A stretch of DNA of 64,000 bases from contig OZ220677.1 in NCBI GenBank assembly GCA_965116335.1, positions 228,131 to 292,130 on the forward strand, read 5' to 3'. The notes under the pieces are model-generated. The model was not told the DNA's origin, did no database searches, and saw nothing but the letters and a program-made list of their open reading frames with translations. Within the stretch, counting starts at the first letter, position 1. Each line of letters begins with the position of its first letter. Of this stretch, positions 25,849 through 35,341 are shown in pieces. The translations under genes were made by a program, and so were the position numbers. This DNA comes from Arenicellales bacterium. GTDB lineage: Bacteria > Pseudomonadota > Gammaproteobacteria > Arenicellales > Poriferihabitantaceae.

Positions 25849-26721
25849 ATGTCCGTATTGGTAAACCGCAACACAAAAGTCATTTGCCAGGGTTTTACCG
25901 GCTCCCAGGCTACATTCCATAGTGAGCAGGCGATTTGCTATGGTACGGGCATGGTTGGCGGCGTGACGCCGGGCAAAGGCGGAATGGTTCATCTGGGCTT
26001 GCCGGTTTTTAATACGGTGGAAGAAGCCGTGAGCGTTACTGGCGCAGATGCATCCGTTATCTATGTGCCTCCGGCTTTCGCGGCGGACGCCATTCTCGAA
26101 GCGATTGATGCCGGAGTTGCGCTGGTAGTGTGTATCACCGAGGGGGTTCCGGTACTGGACATGATCCGGATCAAACGCGCACTTGAAAACTCGAACACCC
26201 GATTGGTCGGTCCGAACTGCCCCGGCGTGATCACCCCGGATGAATGTAAAATTGGCATCATGCCCGGTCATATCCATAAGAAGGGCAGCGTTGGTATTGT
26301 TTCCCGGTCTGGAACATTGACTTATGAAGCCGTAGCCCAGACTACTGCCGAGGGCCTGGGGCAAAGCACCTGTATCGGAATCGGTGGCGACCCGGTGAAT
26401 GGCACCAGTTTTGTCGATTGTCTGGAGATGTTTCTGGCAGACTCGCAAACCGAATCCATTGTCATGATCGGTGAGATCGGTGGTACTGCGGAGGAGGATG
26501 CGGCTGACTTCATCCGCCAGAGCAAAACCAGGAAGCCGGTGTGCGGTTTTATAGCGGGCGTCACGGCACCGCCCGGACGGAGAATGGGTCATGCCGGCGC
26601 CATCATTGCCGGTGGCAAGGGTAGCGCATCAGACAAAATCGAAGCCCTGAAAAGCGCCGGTATTGCGGTAGCCGATTCTCCCGCTTCGCTGGGGCGCACC
26701 CTGAAACAGATCATCGGTTAG
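25849..26721 (+). CDS. sucD: Succinate--CoA ligase alpha subunit
   Basis: 290 aa, very close to E. coli SucD by eye ([42 protein letters not shown], and MGHAGAII with the phospho-His). The ATG directly abuts the sucC stop. Confidence 0.92.
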   Translation: MSVLVNRNTKVICQGFTGSQATFHSEQAICYGTGMVGGVTPGKGGMVHLGLPVFNTVEEAVSVTGADASVIYVPPAFAADAILEAIDAGVALVVCITEGVPVLDMIRIKRALENSNTRLVGPNCPGVITPDECKIGIMPGHIHKKGSVGIVSRSGTLTYEAVAQTTAEGLGQSTCIGIGGDPVNGTSFVDCLEMFLADSQTESIVMIGEIGGTAEEDAADFIRQSKTRKPVCGFIAGVTAPPGRRMGHAGAIIAGGKGSASDKIEALKSAGIAVADSPASLGRTLKQIIG

Positions 26722-26732
26722 TGTTACCTACC

Positions 26733-28409
26733 ATGCGTCGTCATCCAGGCCGCGGCAAAGGCAAAGCGGGCACTCACCCGAAAGGCCGACAGGTTGATCC
26801 GGTTGCATTACAGGAAATCCAGTCCCTGATTCAGGACTTGCCGAGCAGACGTGATTTGCTGATTGAGTACCTGCATCGGATACAGGATAAATATGGGCAC
26901 CTGTCGAGCGCTCATCTGGCGGCATTGGCATCCATCATGAATCTGGCTCAGACCGAAGTCTATGAAGTCGCCACTTTTTACGCGCATTTTGATGTGGTCA
27001 AGGAAGGGCAGACTGCGCCACCACCACTGACAATCCGGGTCTGTGACAGTATTTCCTGCCAGTTGGCCGGGGCGCAGGCGTTGCTCGGGGAATTGGAGCG
27101 CCAAGCCCCGCAGGATACGGTACGTGTTCTCCCGGCACCGTGCATGGGACGTTGTGAAATGGCGCCGGTCGCAGAGGTCGGGCATCATCATATCGGTCAT
27201 GCGAATGCCGAAAAACTGTTGGTCGCCGCATCCGCCGGACAGATTCACCCGCAAGTGCCGGATTATACTGACTACCATCAATATGTCGATGACGGCGGTT
27301 ACCGGCTGCTGCGCGAATGTCTGGCCGGCAGCCGCAGTCGTGAGGATATTATCGACAGCCTGAGTGAATCGGGATTGAAAGGTCTGGGCGGAGCCGGGTT
27401 CCCAGCCGGACGCAAGTGGAACATTGTTCGCGGTTTCGACGCCCCCAGACTGATGGCGGTCAATGCCGATGAGGGTGAGCCGGGCACCTTTAAGGACCGT
27501 TACTATCTGGAAACGGACCCCCATCGTTTTATCGAAGGCATGCTGATTGCAGCCTGGGCAGTGGGTATAGAGACCAGCTATATTTATATTCGGGACGAAT
27601 ATCCGGCCATCATCGCATTGTTGAGGACAGAAATCCACAAGGTGGAGAGTGCCGGTCTCGCGGATCATGTCGGGCTTGAGATTCGCCGTGGAGCGGGCGC
27701 CTATATCTGTGGAGAAGAGTCCGCGATGATCGAATCCATTGAAGGCAAACGTGGGCTACCCAGAAACCGCCCGCCTTATGTGGCGGAGCTTGGCCTGTTC
27801 GGGAGACCTACCCTGGAACATAATGTCGAGACCCTGTTCTGGGTCCGGGATATTGTCGAGAAGGGCGCACAGTGGTTTGCCGGAGCCGGAGTGAATGGAG
27901 CGACCGGCTGGCGCAGCTATTCGGTTTCCGGGCGGGTCAATAATCCAGGGGTCAAGCTGGCTCCGGCCGGAGTGACGATCAGGCAGTTGATTGATGACTA
28001 TTGCGGCGGCATGATGGAGGGGCATACCTTCAAGGGATATTTGCCGGGAGGCGCATCAGGCGGTATCCTGCCTGCCTCGGTGAGTGAGGCACCGCTCGAT
28101 TTTGGGACGCTTCAGGAGTACGGTTGTTTCATCGGGTCGGCTGCGGTTGTGGTGTTCAGTGAGCATGATAATATGAAGGATGTCGCGTTGAACCTGATGC
28201 GGTTCTTTCAGGATGAGAGTTGCGGGCAGTGTACGCCTTGCAGGGTCGGCACCGAAAAGGCGGTCAAGGTGATGCAGCAGCCACAATGGGATGTCGATTT
28301 GTTGAACGATTTGAGCGCAGTGATGACCGATGCCTCGATATGCGGTCTTGGGCAGGCCGCGGGCAATCCCATCAACTGTGTGCTGAAATACTTCCCGGAG
28401 GATCTGTGA
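26733..28409 (+). CDS. NAD-dependent formate dehydrogenase diaphorase subunit, fused NuoE-like (2Fe-2S) + NuoF-like (FMN/NAD, 4Fe-4S) protein
   Basis: The N-terminal part has a thioredoxin-like [2Fe-2S] pattern (VCDSISC...PCMGRCEMAP). The NuoF-like core shows GLGGAGFPAGRKW, NADEGEPGTFKDR, ICGEESAMIESIEG and ESCGQCTPCRVG. The ATG 26733 start is preferred over the track's GTG 26721. The stop overlaps the next start (TGATG, 28407-28411). Confidence 0.85.
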   Translation: MRRHPGRGKGKAGTHPKGRQVDPVALQEIQSLIQDLPSRRDLLIEYLHRIQDKYGHLSSAHLAALASIMNLAQTEVYEVATFYAHFDVVKEGQTAPPPLTIRVCDSISCQLAGAQALLGELERQAPQDTVRVLPAPCMGRCEMAPVAEVGHHHIGHANAEKLLVAASAGQIHPQVPDYTDYHQYVDDGGYRLLRECLAGSRSREDIIDSLSESGLKGLGGAGFPAGRKWNIVRGFDAPRLMAVNADEGEPGTFKDRYYLETDPHRFIEGMLIAAWAVGIETSYIYIRDEYPAIIALLRTEIHKVESAGLADHVGLEIRRGAGAYICGEESAMIESIEGKRGLPRNRPPYVAELGLFGRPTLEHNVETLFWVRDIVEKGAQWFAGAGVNGATGWRSYSVSGRVNNPGVKLAPAGVTIRQLIDDYCGGMMEGHTFKGYLPGGASGGILPASVSEAPLDFGTLQEYGCFIGSAAVVVFSEHDNMKDVALNLMRFFQDESCGQCTPCRVGTEKAVKVMQQPQWDVDLLNDLSAVMTDASICGLGQAAGNPINCVLKYFPEDL

Positions 28410-31162
28410 TGTCTGTATCTACGGCAGTGGATTTCATGCTGGACGGGCAGGCCGTCCAGGCCGATGCCGATGAGACGATCTGGCAGGTGGCAAAACGCCA
28501 GGGCACGGAAATCCCGCATTTATGCTATTCGCCAAAACCTGATTACCGCCCGGACGGGAATTGCCGGGCCTGTATGGTCGAGATTGAGAGTGAGCGGGTG
28601 CTGGCCGCTTCCTGCTTGCGTAAACCGAGCGCAGGCATGGTGGTCAGAACCAATACCGACAAGGCGGTGCGGTCGCAGACCCTGGTTATGGAGTTGCTGG
28701 TCGCCGACCAGCCCCCCCGCGAAGTGGCTCACCAGCAGGATTCGCATCTGTGGCAGTGGGCCGACCAGCTGAATGTCAGGAGCAGCCGTTTCCCGCAAAG
28801 AGAGGCGCCACCAGCTGATTCCAGCCATCCGGCCATGCGTGTAGCGCTGGATGCCTGTATCCAGTGCAATCTGTGTGTACGTGCCTGTCGTGAGGTGCAG
28901 GTCAACGATGTGATCGGCATGGCATTGCGCGGCCATCAGGCGAAGATTGTTTTTGATTTCGACGACCCGATGGGTGAGAGTACCTGTGTGGCTTGCGGTG
29001 AATGTGTGCAGGCCTGTCCCACCGGTGCCTTGATGGAGGCGACCATGGTGGATGAAAAGGGTATCGGGAAAACCGACTCTCTGGATGAGACTCACAGTGT
29101 ATGTCCGTATTGCGGCGTTGGATGCCAGATTACCTATCAGACTCGCGATAACGAGATCGTCGCGGTTCAGGGACGGGAAGGCCCGGCCAACCGGAATCGA
29201 TTGTGTGTCAAGGGCCGGTTCGGTTTCGATTACGTCAAGCATCCCCACCGTCTGACCCGGCCATTAATCCGGCTCGATGGAGTCCCCAAGACGGCTGATG
29301 ATGACCTGGACCCGGCCAATCCACTGACCCACTTCCGGGAGGCTGACTGGGAGGAGGCGCTGGATCATGCCGCTCGCGGGCTGTCCAGAATCCAGCAGCG
29401 GCAAGGTGGCAATGCGCTCGCCGGATTCGGTTCGGCAAAATGCAGTAATGAGGAGGCTTACCTGTTCCAGAAGCTGATCCGTGCAGGATTCGGCACCAAT
29501 AACGTAGATCACTGTACCCGGCTCTGCCATGCTTCTTCGGTAGCGGCGTTGCTCGAAGGGATTGGCTCCGGTGCGGTTTCCGCGCCATTCAATGCGGTTG
29601 AGGATGCCGATTGTGTGGTCGTCATCGGCGCCAACCCGATCAGCAACCACCCGGTGGCGGCGACCTTTTTCAAGCAGGCCGCGAAAAACGGCACTTTGAT
29701 TGTGATGGACCCCAGAGGAACACAACTCCAGCGTCACGCGACCTGGACGCTACAGTTCAATCCGGGTACGGATGTGGCGATGCTGAACGGCATTCTGCAT
29801 ACGATTATTGATGAGGAATTGTATGACCGGGAATATGTTGAGCGACATACCGAAGGATTCGAGAACCTGAAGGCGCATATCCAGGATTTCTCCCCGGAGC
29901 GAATGGCAATCATCTGTGGTATCGAGGCCACCGTGTTGCGTACTGTGGCACGGACTTTCGCGACTGCCAAAGCGTCCATCATTTTCTGGGGGATGGGGGT
30001 ATCCCAGCATGTTCACGGCACCGATAACGCACGTTGTCTGATTGCGCTTTCGCTGATCACCGGCCAGATTGGCAGGCCGGGAACCGGATTGCATCCATTG
30101 CGCGGCCAGAATAATGTCCAGGGGGCTTCTGATGCCGGTTTGATTCCGATGATGTTGCCCGACTACCAGCTGGTCGAGAGTGAGAATATACGCGCCCGCT
30201 TCGAGGATGCCTGGAAAACTCCGCTGGACCCCCGTAAAGGGCTGACCGTGGTGGAGGTGATGGATGCCATTCATGCAGGTGACATTACGGGTATGTATAT
30301 CATGGGTGAAAATCCGGCCATGTCAGACCCGGACCTCACTCATGTGCGCGAAGCACTGGCCAGACTGGAGCATCTGGTGGTGCAGGATCTATTCCTGACC
30401 GAGACCGCGTTTTATGCGGATGTGATCCTGCCCGCTTCCGCCTGGCCGGAAAAGGACGGCACGGTGACCAATACCAATCGCCAGGTACAAATGGGCAGAA
30501 CGGCGTTGAAGATGCCTGGAGAGGCCCGCCAGGACTGGTGGATTATCCACCAGCTTGGCAAACGAATCGGGATGGACTGGCACTATGGCGGCCCCGGCGA
30601 TGTGTTCGCGGAAATGGCCGGTATGATGCCGTCGCTCGACAACATATCCTGGCAGCGGGTGATGGATGAGAGTTCAGTGACCTACCCGTGTGCAGCGCCG
30701 GACCGGAAGGGTGACGAGATTGTCTTTGTCGATGACTTCCCGACGATGAGCGGGAAGGCTTCGCTGGTTCCCGCTGACATCATTCCGCCCGACGAAATGC
30801 CGGATGACGAGTATCCGATGATCCTGACCACCGGACGCCAGCTGGAACACTGGCATACCGGCACTATGACCCGGCGCTCCAATGTGCTGGATCAGATCGA
30901 GCCCGAAGCCGTCGCTACACTGTCGCCGGCCGCATTGCAAAAAGCGAAGGCCCGCGTCGGCGGCAAGGTAGTGGTTTCCACGCGGCGCGGCACTATCGAG
31001 CTAAAAGCTCGTGTGGATGCTTCACTGCCCGATGACATGATCTTTATTCCGTTCTGCTTCGCCGAGGCGCCCGCGAATATCCTGACCAACCCGGCCCTGG
31101 ACCCGGTAGGCAAGATACCCGAATTCAAGTTTTGCGCGGCCCGCGTAGAAGCATCCGGTTAG
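28409..31162 (+). CDS. Formate dehydrogenase alpha subunit (Mo/W-bisPGD, NAD-linked FdsA/FdhA type), Cys-type
   Basis: From ATG 28409: MSVSTAVDFMLDGQAVQADADETIW... The N-terminal 2Fe-2S and 4Fe-4S cluster motifs are present (CRACMVE, CIQCNLCVRACRE, CVACGECVQACPTGAL, CPYCGVGC). The MopB core has DHCTRLCHASS, i.e. Cys where seleno-enzymes have Sec, and there is no in-frame TGA. The track start 28220 adds 63 residues overlapping the previous gene. Confidence 0.9.
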   Translation: MSVSTAVDFMLDGQAVQADADETIWQVAKRQGTEIPHLCYSPKPDYRPDGNCRACMVEIESERVLAASCLRKPSAGMVVRTNTDKAVRSQTLVMELLVADQPPREVAHQQDSHLWQWADQLNVRSSRFPQREAPPADSSHPAMRVALDACIQCNLCVRACREVQVNDVIGMALRGHQAKIVFDFDDPMGESTCVACGECVQACPTGALMEATMVDEKGIGKTDSLDETHSVCPYCGVGCQITYQTRDNEIVAVQGREGPANRNRLCVKGRFGFDYVKHPHRLTRPLIRLDGVPKTADDDLDPANPLTHFREADWEEALDHAARGLSRIQQRQGGNALAGFGSAKCSNEEAYLFQKLIRAGFGTNNVDHCTRLCHASSVAALLEGIGSGAVSAPFNAVEDADCVVVIGANPISNHPVAATFFKQAAKNGTLIVMDPRGTQLQRHATWTLQFNPGTDVAMLNGILHTIIDEELYDREYVERHTEGFENLKAHIQDFSPERMAIICGIEATVLRTVARTFATAKASIIFWGMGVSQHVHGTDNARCLIALSLITGQIGRPGTGLHPLRGQNNVQGASDAGLIPMMLPDYQLVESENIRARFEDAWKTPLDPRKGLTVVEVMDAIHAGDITGMYIMGENPAMSDPDLTHVREALARLEHLVVQDLFLTETAFYADVILPASAWPEKDGTVTNTNRQVQMGRTALKMPGEARQDWWIIHQLGKRIGMDWHYGGPGDVFAEMAGMMPSLDNISWQRVMDESSVTYPCAAPDRKGDEIVFVDDFPTMSGKASLVPADIIPPDEMPDDEYPMILTTGRQLEHWHTGTMTRRSNVLDQIEPEAVATLSPAALQKAKARVGGKVVVSTRRGTIELKARVDASLPDDMIFIPFCFAEAPANILTNPALDPVGKIPEFKFCAARVEASG

Positions 31163-31214
31163 CCACCCGTTATCAATAATAACCCCTTAACAACTTAAAA
31201 CCCGGTTACATCCA

Positions 31215-32882
31215 ATGAGTGATATAGAAATTGCCCGTGCGGCAGCGATCAAGCCTGTTTCGGAAATTGCGGACAGGATTGGCATACCCGGCGAGGCGCT
31301 GTCGCCTTTCGGCCATACCAAGGCGAAAGTCAGCCTGGATTACATTGATTCACTGAAAGACAGGCCGGACGCGAAACTGATCCTGGTCACGGCGATCACC
31401 CCGACCCCCGCCGGTGAAGGCAAGACCACCACTTCGGTTGGCCTGACCGACGGCATGAACAAGATCGGAAAAAATACTATGGTTTGCCTGCGTGAACCTT
31501 CGCTTGGCCCCTGTTTCGGAATGAAAGGGGGGGCTGCCGGCGGGGGCTACGCGCAGGTCATCCCGATGGAGGACATCAATCTTCACTTTACCGGTGATTT
31601 TCACGCGATCACATCGGCGCACAGCCTGCTTTCCGCGCTGATCGACAATCACATTTACTGGGGGAACGAAGCGGGGATAGATACGCGCCGGGTGGGATGG
31701 CGCCGGGTCGTGGACATGAACGACCGTGCCTTGCGGCAGATTACCAATTCGCTCGGTGGTATCGCCAACGGTTACCCACGCGAGGACGGATTCGACATTA
31801 CCGTCGCGTCTGAAGTCATGGCCATTTTCTGTCTGTCCAGAAACCTGGAAGACCTGCAGGAGCGACTCGGACGTATCGTGATTGGCTATACTCGTGAGCG
31901 TAAGCCGGTACTGGCCTCGGCGGTGATGGGTCCTGGCCCGATGACGGTGCTGCTGAAAGACGCGCTCGCGCCCAATCTGGTGCAGACTCTGGAACACAAC
32001 CCCGCGTTTGTACACGGCGGGCCATTCGCCAATATCGCGCATGGCTGCAACTCCGTGATCGCGACCCGCGCGGCAATGAAAATGGCGGATTATGTGGTGA
32101 CAGAGGCAGGCTTCGGAGCCGACCTCGGCGCGGAAAAGTTCTTCGACATCAAATGCCGTCAGGCCGGACTCGAACCGGATGCCGTAGTACTGGTCGCCAC
32201 CGTGCGGGCGCTCAAGATGCACGGCGGTGTCGGCAAGGACGACCTTACGAAAGAAAATGTCCAGGCGGTCCGGGACGGCTGTGTCAATCTGGCGCGACAT
32301 ATTGAAAACATCAAATCATTCGGCTTGCCGGTGGTGGTCGCGATCAATCAGTTCAGCGCTGATACCCCGGCGGAACTGGCCGCGGTGCGGGAAGTCACGC
32401 AAGGATACGGCGTCCGAGCGATTGACGCCAACCACTGGGCCGAAGGCGGCAACGGCACCACCGAACTGGCTCAGGCCGTAGCGGATATGGCGGACAGCGG
32501 CGAAGCCCGGTTCACCACCACCTATCCCGATGACATGCCGTTATGGGAAAAAATCGAAGCCGTCGCCACCAGAATTTACCGCGCCGATGGTATCACCGCG
32601 GATCAGAAAACCAGGAATCAGATCGCTGATTTGCAGGCCGGCGGTTATGGCAACCTGCCCGTTTGCATCGCCAAGACGCAATACAGCTTCTCGACTGACC
32701 CCAACCGGAAAGGCGCGCCCACCGGACATACCCTGACCGTGCGTGAAGTGCGGTTGTCCGCCGGCGCCGGTTTCGTAGTGGTGGTATGCGGAGACATCAT
32801 GACCATGCCCGGATTGCCCAGAGAGCCAGCCGCCAATCGCATCCGCATCAACGACCAGGGAGTCGTAGAAGGACTGTTCTAA
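31215..32882 (+). CDS. fhs: Formate--tetrahydrofolate ligase
   Basis: 555 aa with the canonical motifs [35 protein letters not shown] and [10 protein letters not shown]. Confidence 0.93.
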   Translation: MSDIEIARAAAIKPVSEIADRIGIPGEALSPFGHTKAKVSLDYIDSLKDRPDAKLILVTAITPTPAGEGKTTTSVGLTDGMNKIGKNTMVCLREPSLGPCFGMKGGAAGGGYAQVIPMEDINLHFTGDFHAITSAHSLLSALIDNHIYWGNEAGIDTRRVGWRRVVDMNDRALRQITNSLGGIANGYPREDGFDITVASEVMAIFCLSRNLEDLQERLGRIVIGYTRERKPVLASAVMGPGPMTVLLKDALAPNLVQTLEHNPAFVHGGPFANIAHGCNSVIATRAAMKMADYVVTEAGFGADLGAEKFFDIKCRQAGLEPDAVVLVATVRALKMHGGVGKDDLTKENVQAVRDGCVNLARHIENIKSFGLPVVVAINQFSADTPAELAAVREVTQGYGVRAIDANHWAEGGNGTTELAQAVADMADSGEARFTTTYPDDMPLWEKIEAVATRIYRADGITADQKTRNQIADLQAGGYGNLPVCIAKTQYSFSTDPNRKGAPTGHTLTVREVRLSAGAGFVVVVCGDIMTMPGLPREPAANRIRINDQGVVEGLF

Positions 32883-32984
32883 CATCATTCCCCCCTTGAG
32901 GGGGAATCCAATCCGCAAACGGTCCCCACACTCCAACCCTACTTCTGCTATAATCCGCAATCGCTACCCGTAAGGAATGTCAAA

Positions 32985-33626
32985 ATGACCACCGCCACCG
33001 CACCCACTCCAGACGAAATCTGGGCAATCCTGAGAGAAGTCTCCGCCAGCCTGGATAAAACCGCCGCTGCCCAGAAAAAAGGCAGACAGGAAATGGCAGA
33101 ATTTCGCGCCAGACAGAAAGAAATCGCCGCCAGGCAGGACGCTGACCATGAAAAGCTCATGCAGGAAATTAAGGAAACCAGCAAACAGATCAAAAAGACT
33201 GATGCACTGTTTAACACCCAATGGGGACGGTTAATGGAAAGTCTGGTAGATGGTGATTTGGTTCCGCTCTTGAATCAACGAGGCATTCCGGTTGATTATA
33301 CGGTGACCAATGCGAAGAAAAGAGGGCGGGATGATAATTATGAATACGACATTATTGCAGTAAACGGCAAAGAAATAGTTGTAGTTGAAGTCAAGACCAC
33401 CTTGCGCGTGCAGGATGTCAAGGATTTTCTGGAGAGTTTAGGTAAGGTTGCGACTCGAATGCCGCGTTTCAAGGATAACACCATCTACGGAGCGATGGCT
33501 TGGTTGCGTGTAGATTCGGAAGCGGATGTTTATGCAGAGCGGCAGGGATTATTCGTCATCAGAGCCACGGGTAGCAGTGCCAGCATCCTCAATAAGGAAG
33601 ATTTCAAACCACAGATTTTCTCCTGA
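32985..33626 (+). CDS. Hypothetical protein: N-terminal coiled coil + C-terminal PD-(D/E)XK nuclease-like fold (DUF3782-like)
   Basis: 213 aa. The first ~75 residues are charged heptad-like (AAQKKGRQEMAEFRARQKEIAARQDADHEKLMQEIKETSKQIKK). The C-terminal part has YEYDIIAVNGKEIVVVEVKTTL, a D..(E)VK arrangement typical of restriction-endonuclease-like folds. The RBS aaggaa lies upstream. The family assignment is from memory only. Confidence 0.5.
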   Translation: MTTATAPTPDEIWAILREVSASLDKTAAAQKKGRQEMAEFRARQKEIAARQDADHEKLMQEIKETSKQIKKTDALFNTQWGRLMESLVDGDLVPLLNQRGIPVDYTVTNAKKRGRDDNYEYDIIAVNGKEIVVVEVKTTLRVQDVKDFLESLGKVATRMPRFKDNTIYGAMAWLRVDSEADVYAERQGLFVIRATGSSASILNKEDFKPQIFS

Positions 33627-33639
33627 CCACGCCCCACTG

Positions 33640-33880
33640 CAACCCATCACTCCCTCCTTGAGGGGGAGTCAAATCTGCGGAGCAGATTTGGTGGGGGCAC
33701 AGCCGTCATTCCACGCCCCAACCCGTCTTTCCCGTGAAAACGGGAATCCACAGCAATATGGAACCTGCAATTACCGATGCGTAGGGGCGCTCCTTGTGGG
33801 TGCCCGGTATCGTTGATACCCGTTCCGGCATTCGCGGGAGGGTACAAGACCCTCCCCTACGATGATGGTTTCGACCACGC
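33640..33880. repeat. REP/BIME-like units (variant A, C, B in reverse orientation)
   Basis: Contains ctccttgagggggagtcaaatctgcggagcagatttggtggggg; ccgtctttcccgtgaaaacgggaatccac; gcgggagggtacaagaccctcccctacgatgatgg. Confidence 0.6.
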
Positions 33881-33891
33881 GCCAAAATCAC

Positions 33892-35329
33892 CTAAAGTCT
33901 CCCCATTTTTCAGTTATGTACTATATAAGCGTTTGAAAAGGTTGTAGAAAGGTTGGTTATTTTGTGGGATCAGAGTTCTGCTTTTGGTACAATGGTTTTA
34001 TCGTAAACTACTGAAACCAAAAGAGAACTCTGATGACGAATGATAGCCGGGAACGTAATAAATGGAAAGTCCGAATTACCGATTGTGTGAATCAATCGAG
34101 TGAAGTAATCAGTCAGCCGGTAGCCAAGCTGATGGCGGAGGTTATGGTGGGTATATTAAGCAGTGGGAGTTTGCAGTTATCGATGATTGGGCGGAGTTTG
34201 AAAGAGCCGACTCGTCTGCATCACACGATGAAGCGGTTATCGCGGATGTTGGGGAAACATGGTGAGATTGCATGGGCTGCGGAAGATTGTTTACTGGAGC
34301 AGATGTCGGGTCGGGTAACGGACGATATGGTGATAGCGATTGATGCGGGAGATTTGAACCGGGAGGGCAGTCGCGCCAGCGAAGGGTTATGCCGGGTACG
34401 GGATGGAGACCAAGGAGATATTGTGAATGGTTATCCGTTATTGAGTGTCGTTGCACGCTGTTTGGATAGTGGCCGGACATTTCCGTTGTTGACTCGCTTG
34501 CTGTCGTCGAATCGGGGTTCATACAAGAGCGAGAATCGGGATATTGTGAATGTCATGGAGCGGGTGCAGGGGAGTTTGGAGAGTCGTCCGTTATGGGTGA
34601 TAGACCGGGGTGGAGACCGGGGTGGAGACCGGGGGGTGTTATGGGATTTCTGGTTGCGGGGAGATTGGAGGATATTGGTACGGTCAGCCAATCTTCGTCA
34701 CTGGTTGTGGAGGGGTTCGAAGGAGACGGCCCAACAGATTGCGTGTCAGTTGCCCTTGAAGCACCGGGGCAAGTTGAGGAAACAGGCACGGGAGTCGGTT
34801 CGTTTTGGTATTACGACTGTATTCTTGAAAGAACATCCCGATACGCCGTTGTCGATGATTGTGGTGCGTCATGGCAAGCGACAACCGATGGTATTGGTCA
34901 GTACTGAGCGGATACGGGGTCGGTTGCAAGGGGAGCGTCTGATTCAATCGTACATTCATCGTTGGGCTTGTGAGGAAGGGTATCGGTTCAGTAAGCAGGG
35001 ATTTGGATTGGAGCGGGTACAGGCGAGGAAATTATCCACCTTGCAGAATCTGGTTGCATTGGCGACCTTGGCCTGGGGATTGCTGGCCTGTCACCAGAAT
35101 CAGGGGAATCGGTTGATAGACAAAGCCAAGCGGCAAAAGAGTCACCAACCCCTGATTTTCCCGTTCTACACGCTGTTATCCGGTTGGCAGGCGTTATTTG
35201 CCGATGCCAAAACCCTGTTCTATGACTGGTGGAGAAAACCCAAACGTCCCCCACCCAGACAGACCGACCTGTTCATCAATAATGGACGGCTAACCCCAAT
35301 ACTCTCATGAAAAAATGGGGAGAGTTCAG
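33892..35329 (+). mobile_element. IS4-family insertion sequence (1,438 bp) with 9-bp target-site duplication
   Basis: The terminal inverted repeats are ctaaagtctccccattttt (33892-) and the reverse complement of the right end, ctgaactctccccattttt (17/19 match). The element is flanked by direct repeats CAAAATCAC at 33883-33891 and 35330-35338. It has a single DDE transposase ORF. Confidence 0.8.
34033..35310 (+). CDS. IS4-family DDE transposase
   Basis: 425 aa. Candidate catalytic residues are in AIDAGD and VIDRGGD, and YIHRWACEEGYRFSK matches the IS4 Y-(2)-R-(3)-E-(6)-K signature exactly. A 12-bp unit is repeated 2.7x next to the second Asp (DRGGDRGGDRG). Confidence 0.85.
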   Translation: MTNDSRERNKWKVRITDCVNQSSEVISQPVAKLMAEVMVGILSSGSLQLSMIGRSLKEPTRLHHTMKRLSRMLGKHGEIAWAAEDCLLEQMSGRVTDDMVIAIDAGDLNREGSRASEGLCRVRDGDQGDIVNGYPLLSVVARCLDSGRTFPLLTRLLSSNRGSYKSENRDIVNVMERVQGSLESRPLWVIDRGGDRGGDRGVLWDFWLRGDWRILVRSANLRHWLWRGSKETAQQIACQLPLKHRGKLRKQARESVRFGITTVFLKEHPDTPLSMIVVRHGKRQPMVLVSTERIRGRLQGERLIQSYIHRWACEEGYRFSKQGFGLERVQARKLSTLQNLVALATLAWGLLACHQNQGNRLIDKAKRQKSHQPLIFPFYTLLSGWQALFADAKTLFYDWWRKPKRPPPRQTDLFINNGRLTPILS

Positions 35330-35341
35330 CAAAATCACCAC

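Noticed and set aside
24550-26592. Minus-strand ORFs 24550..25356 (268 aa) and 25522..26592 (356 aa); similar antisense ORFs at 12245..13120, 26808..27668, 28520..29248, 31350..32300 and 814..1320
   Set aside because: Each lies antisense to a strongly supported conserved gene (sucC, sucD, xdhB, the FDH subunit genes, fhs, the amidohydrolase gene) and shows no motifs.
24679-26721. sucCD might instead be malate thiokinase (mtkAB), given the neighbouring C1 genes
   Set aside because: The alpha subunit is collinear and highly similar by eye to E. coli SucD over its whole length, and the beta subunit resembles E. coli SucC in its diagnostic blocks. A phylogeny would be needed to exclude it formally.
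28220-28408. 63-codon N-terminal extension of the FDH alpha ORF, and the GTG 26721 start for the preceding gene
   Set aside because: The extension overlaps the end of the NuoF-like gene in another frame and has no homology-like features. ATG 28409 (MSVSTAVDFMLDG) gives the normal 2Fe-2S N-terminus and a TGATG coupling. ATG 26733 is the first ATG for the upstream gene.
28409-31162. Selenocysteine-containing formate dehydrogenase
   Set aside because: There is no in-frame TGA. The active-site position reads Cys (DHCTRLCHASS).
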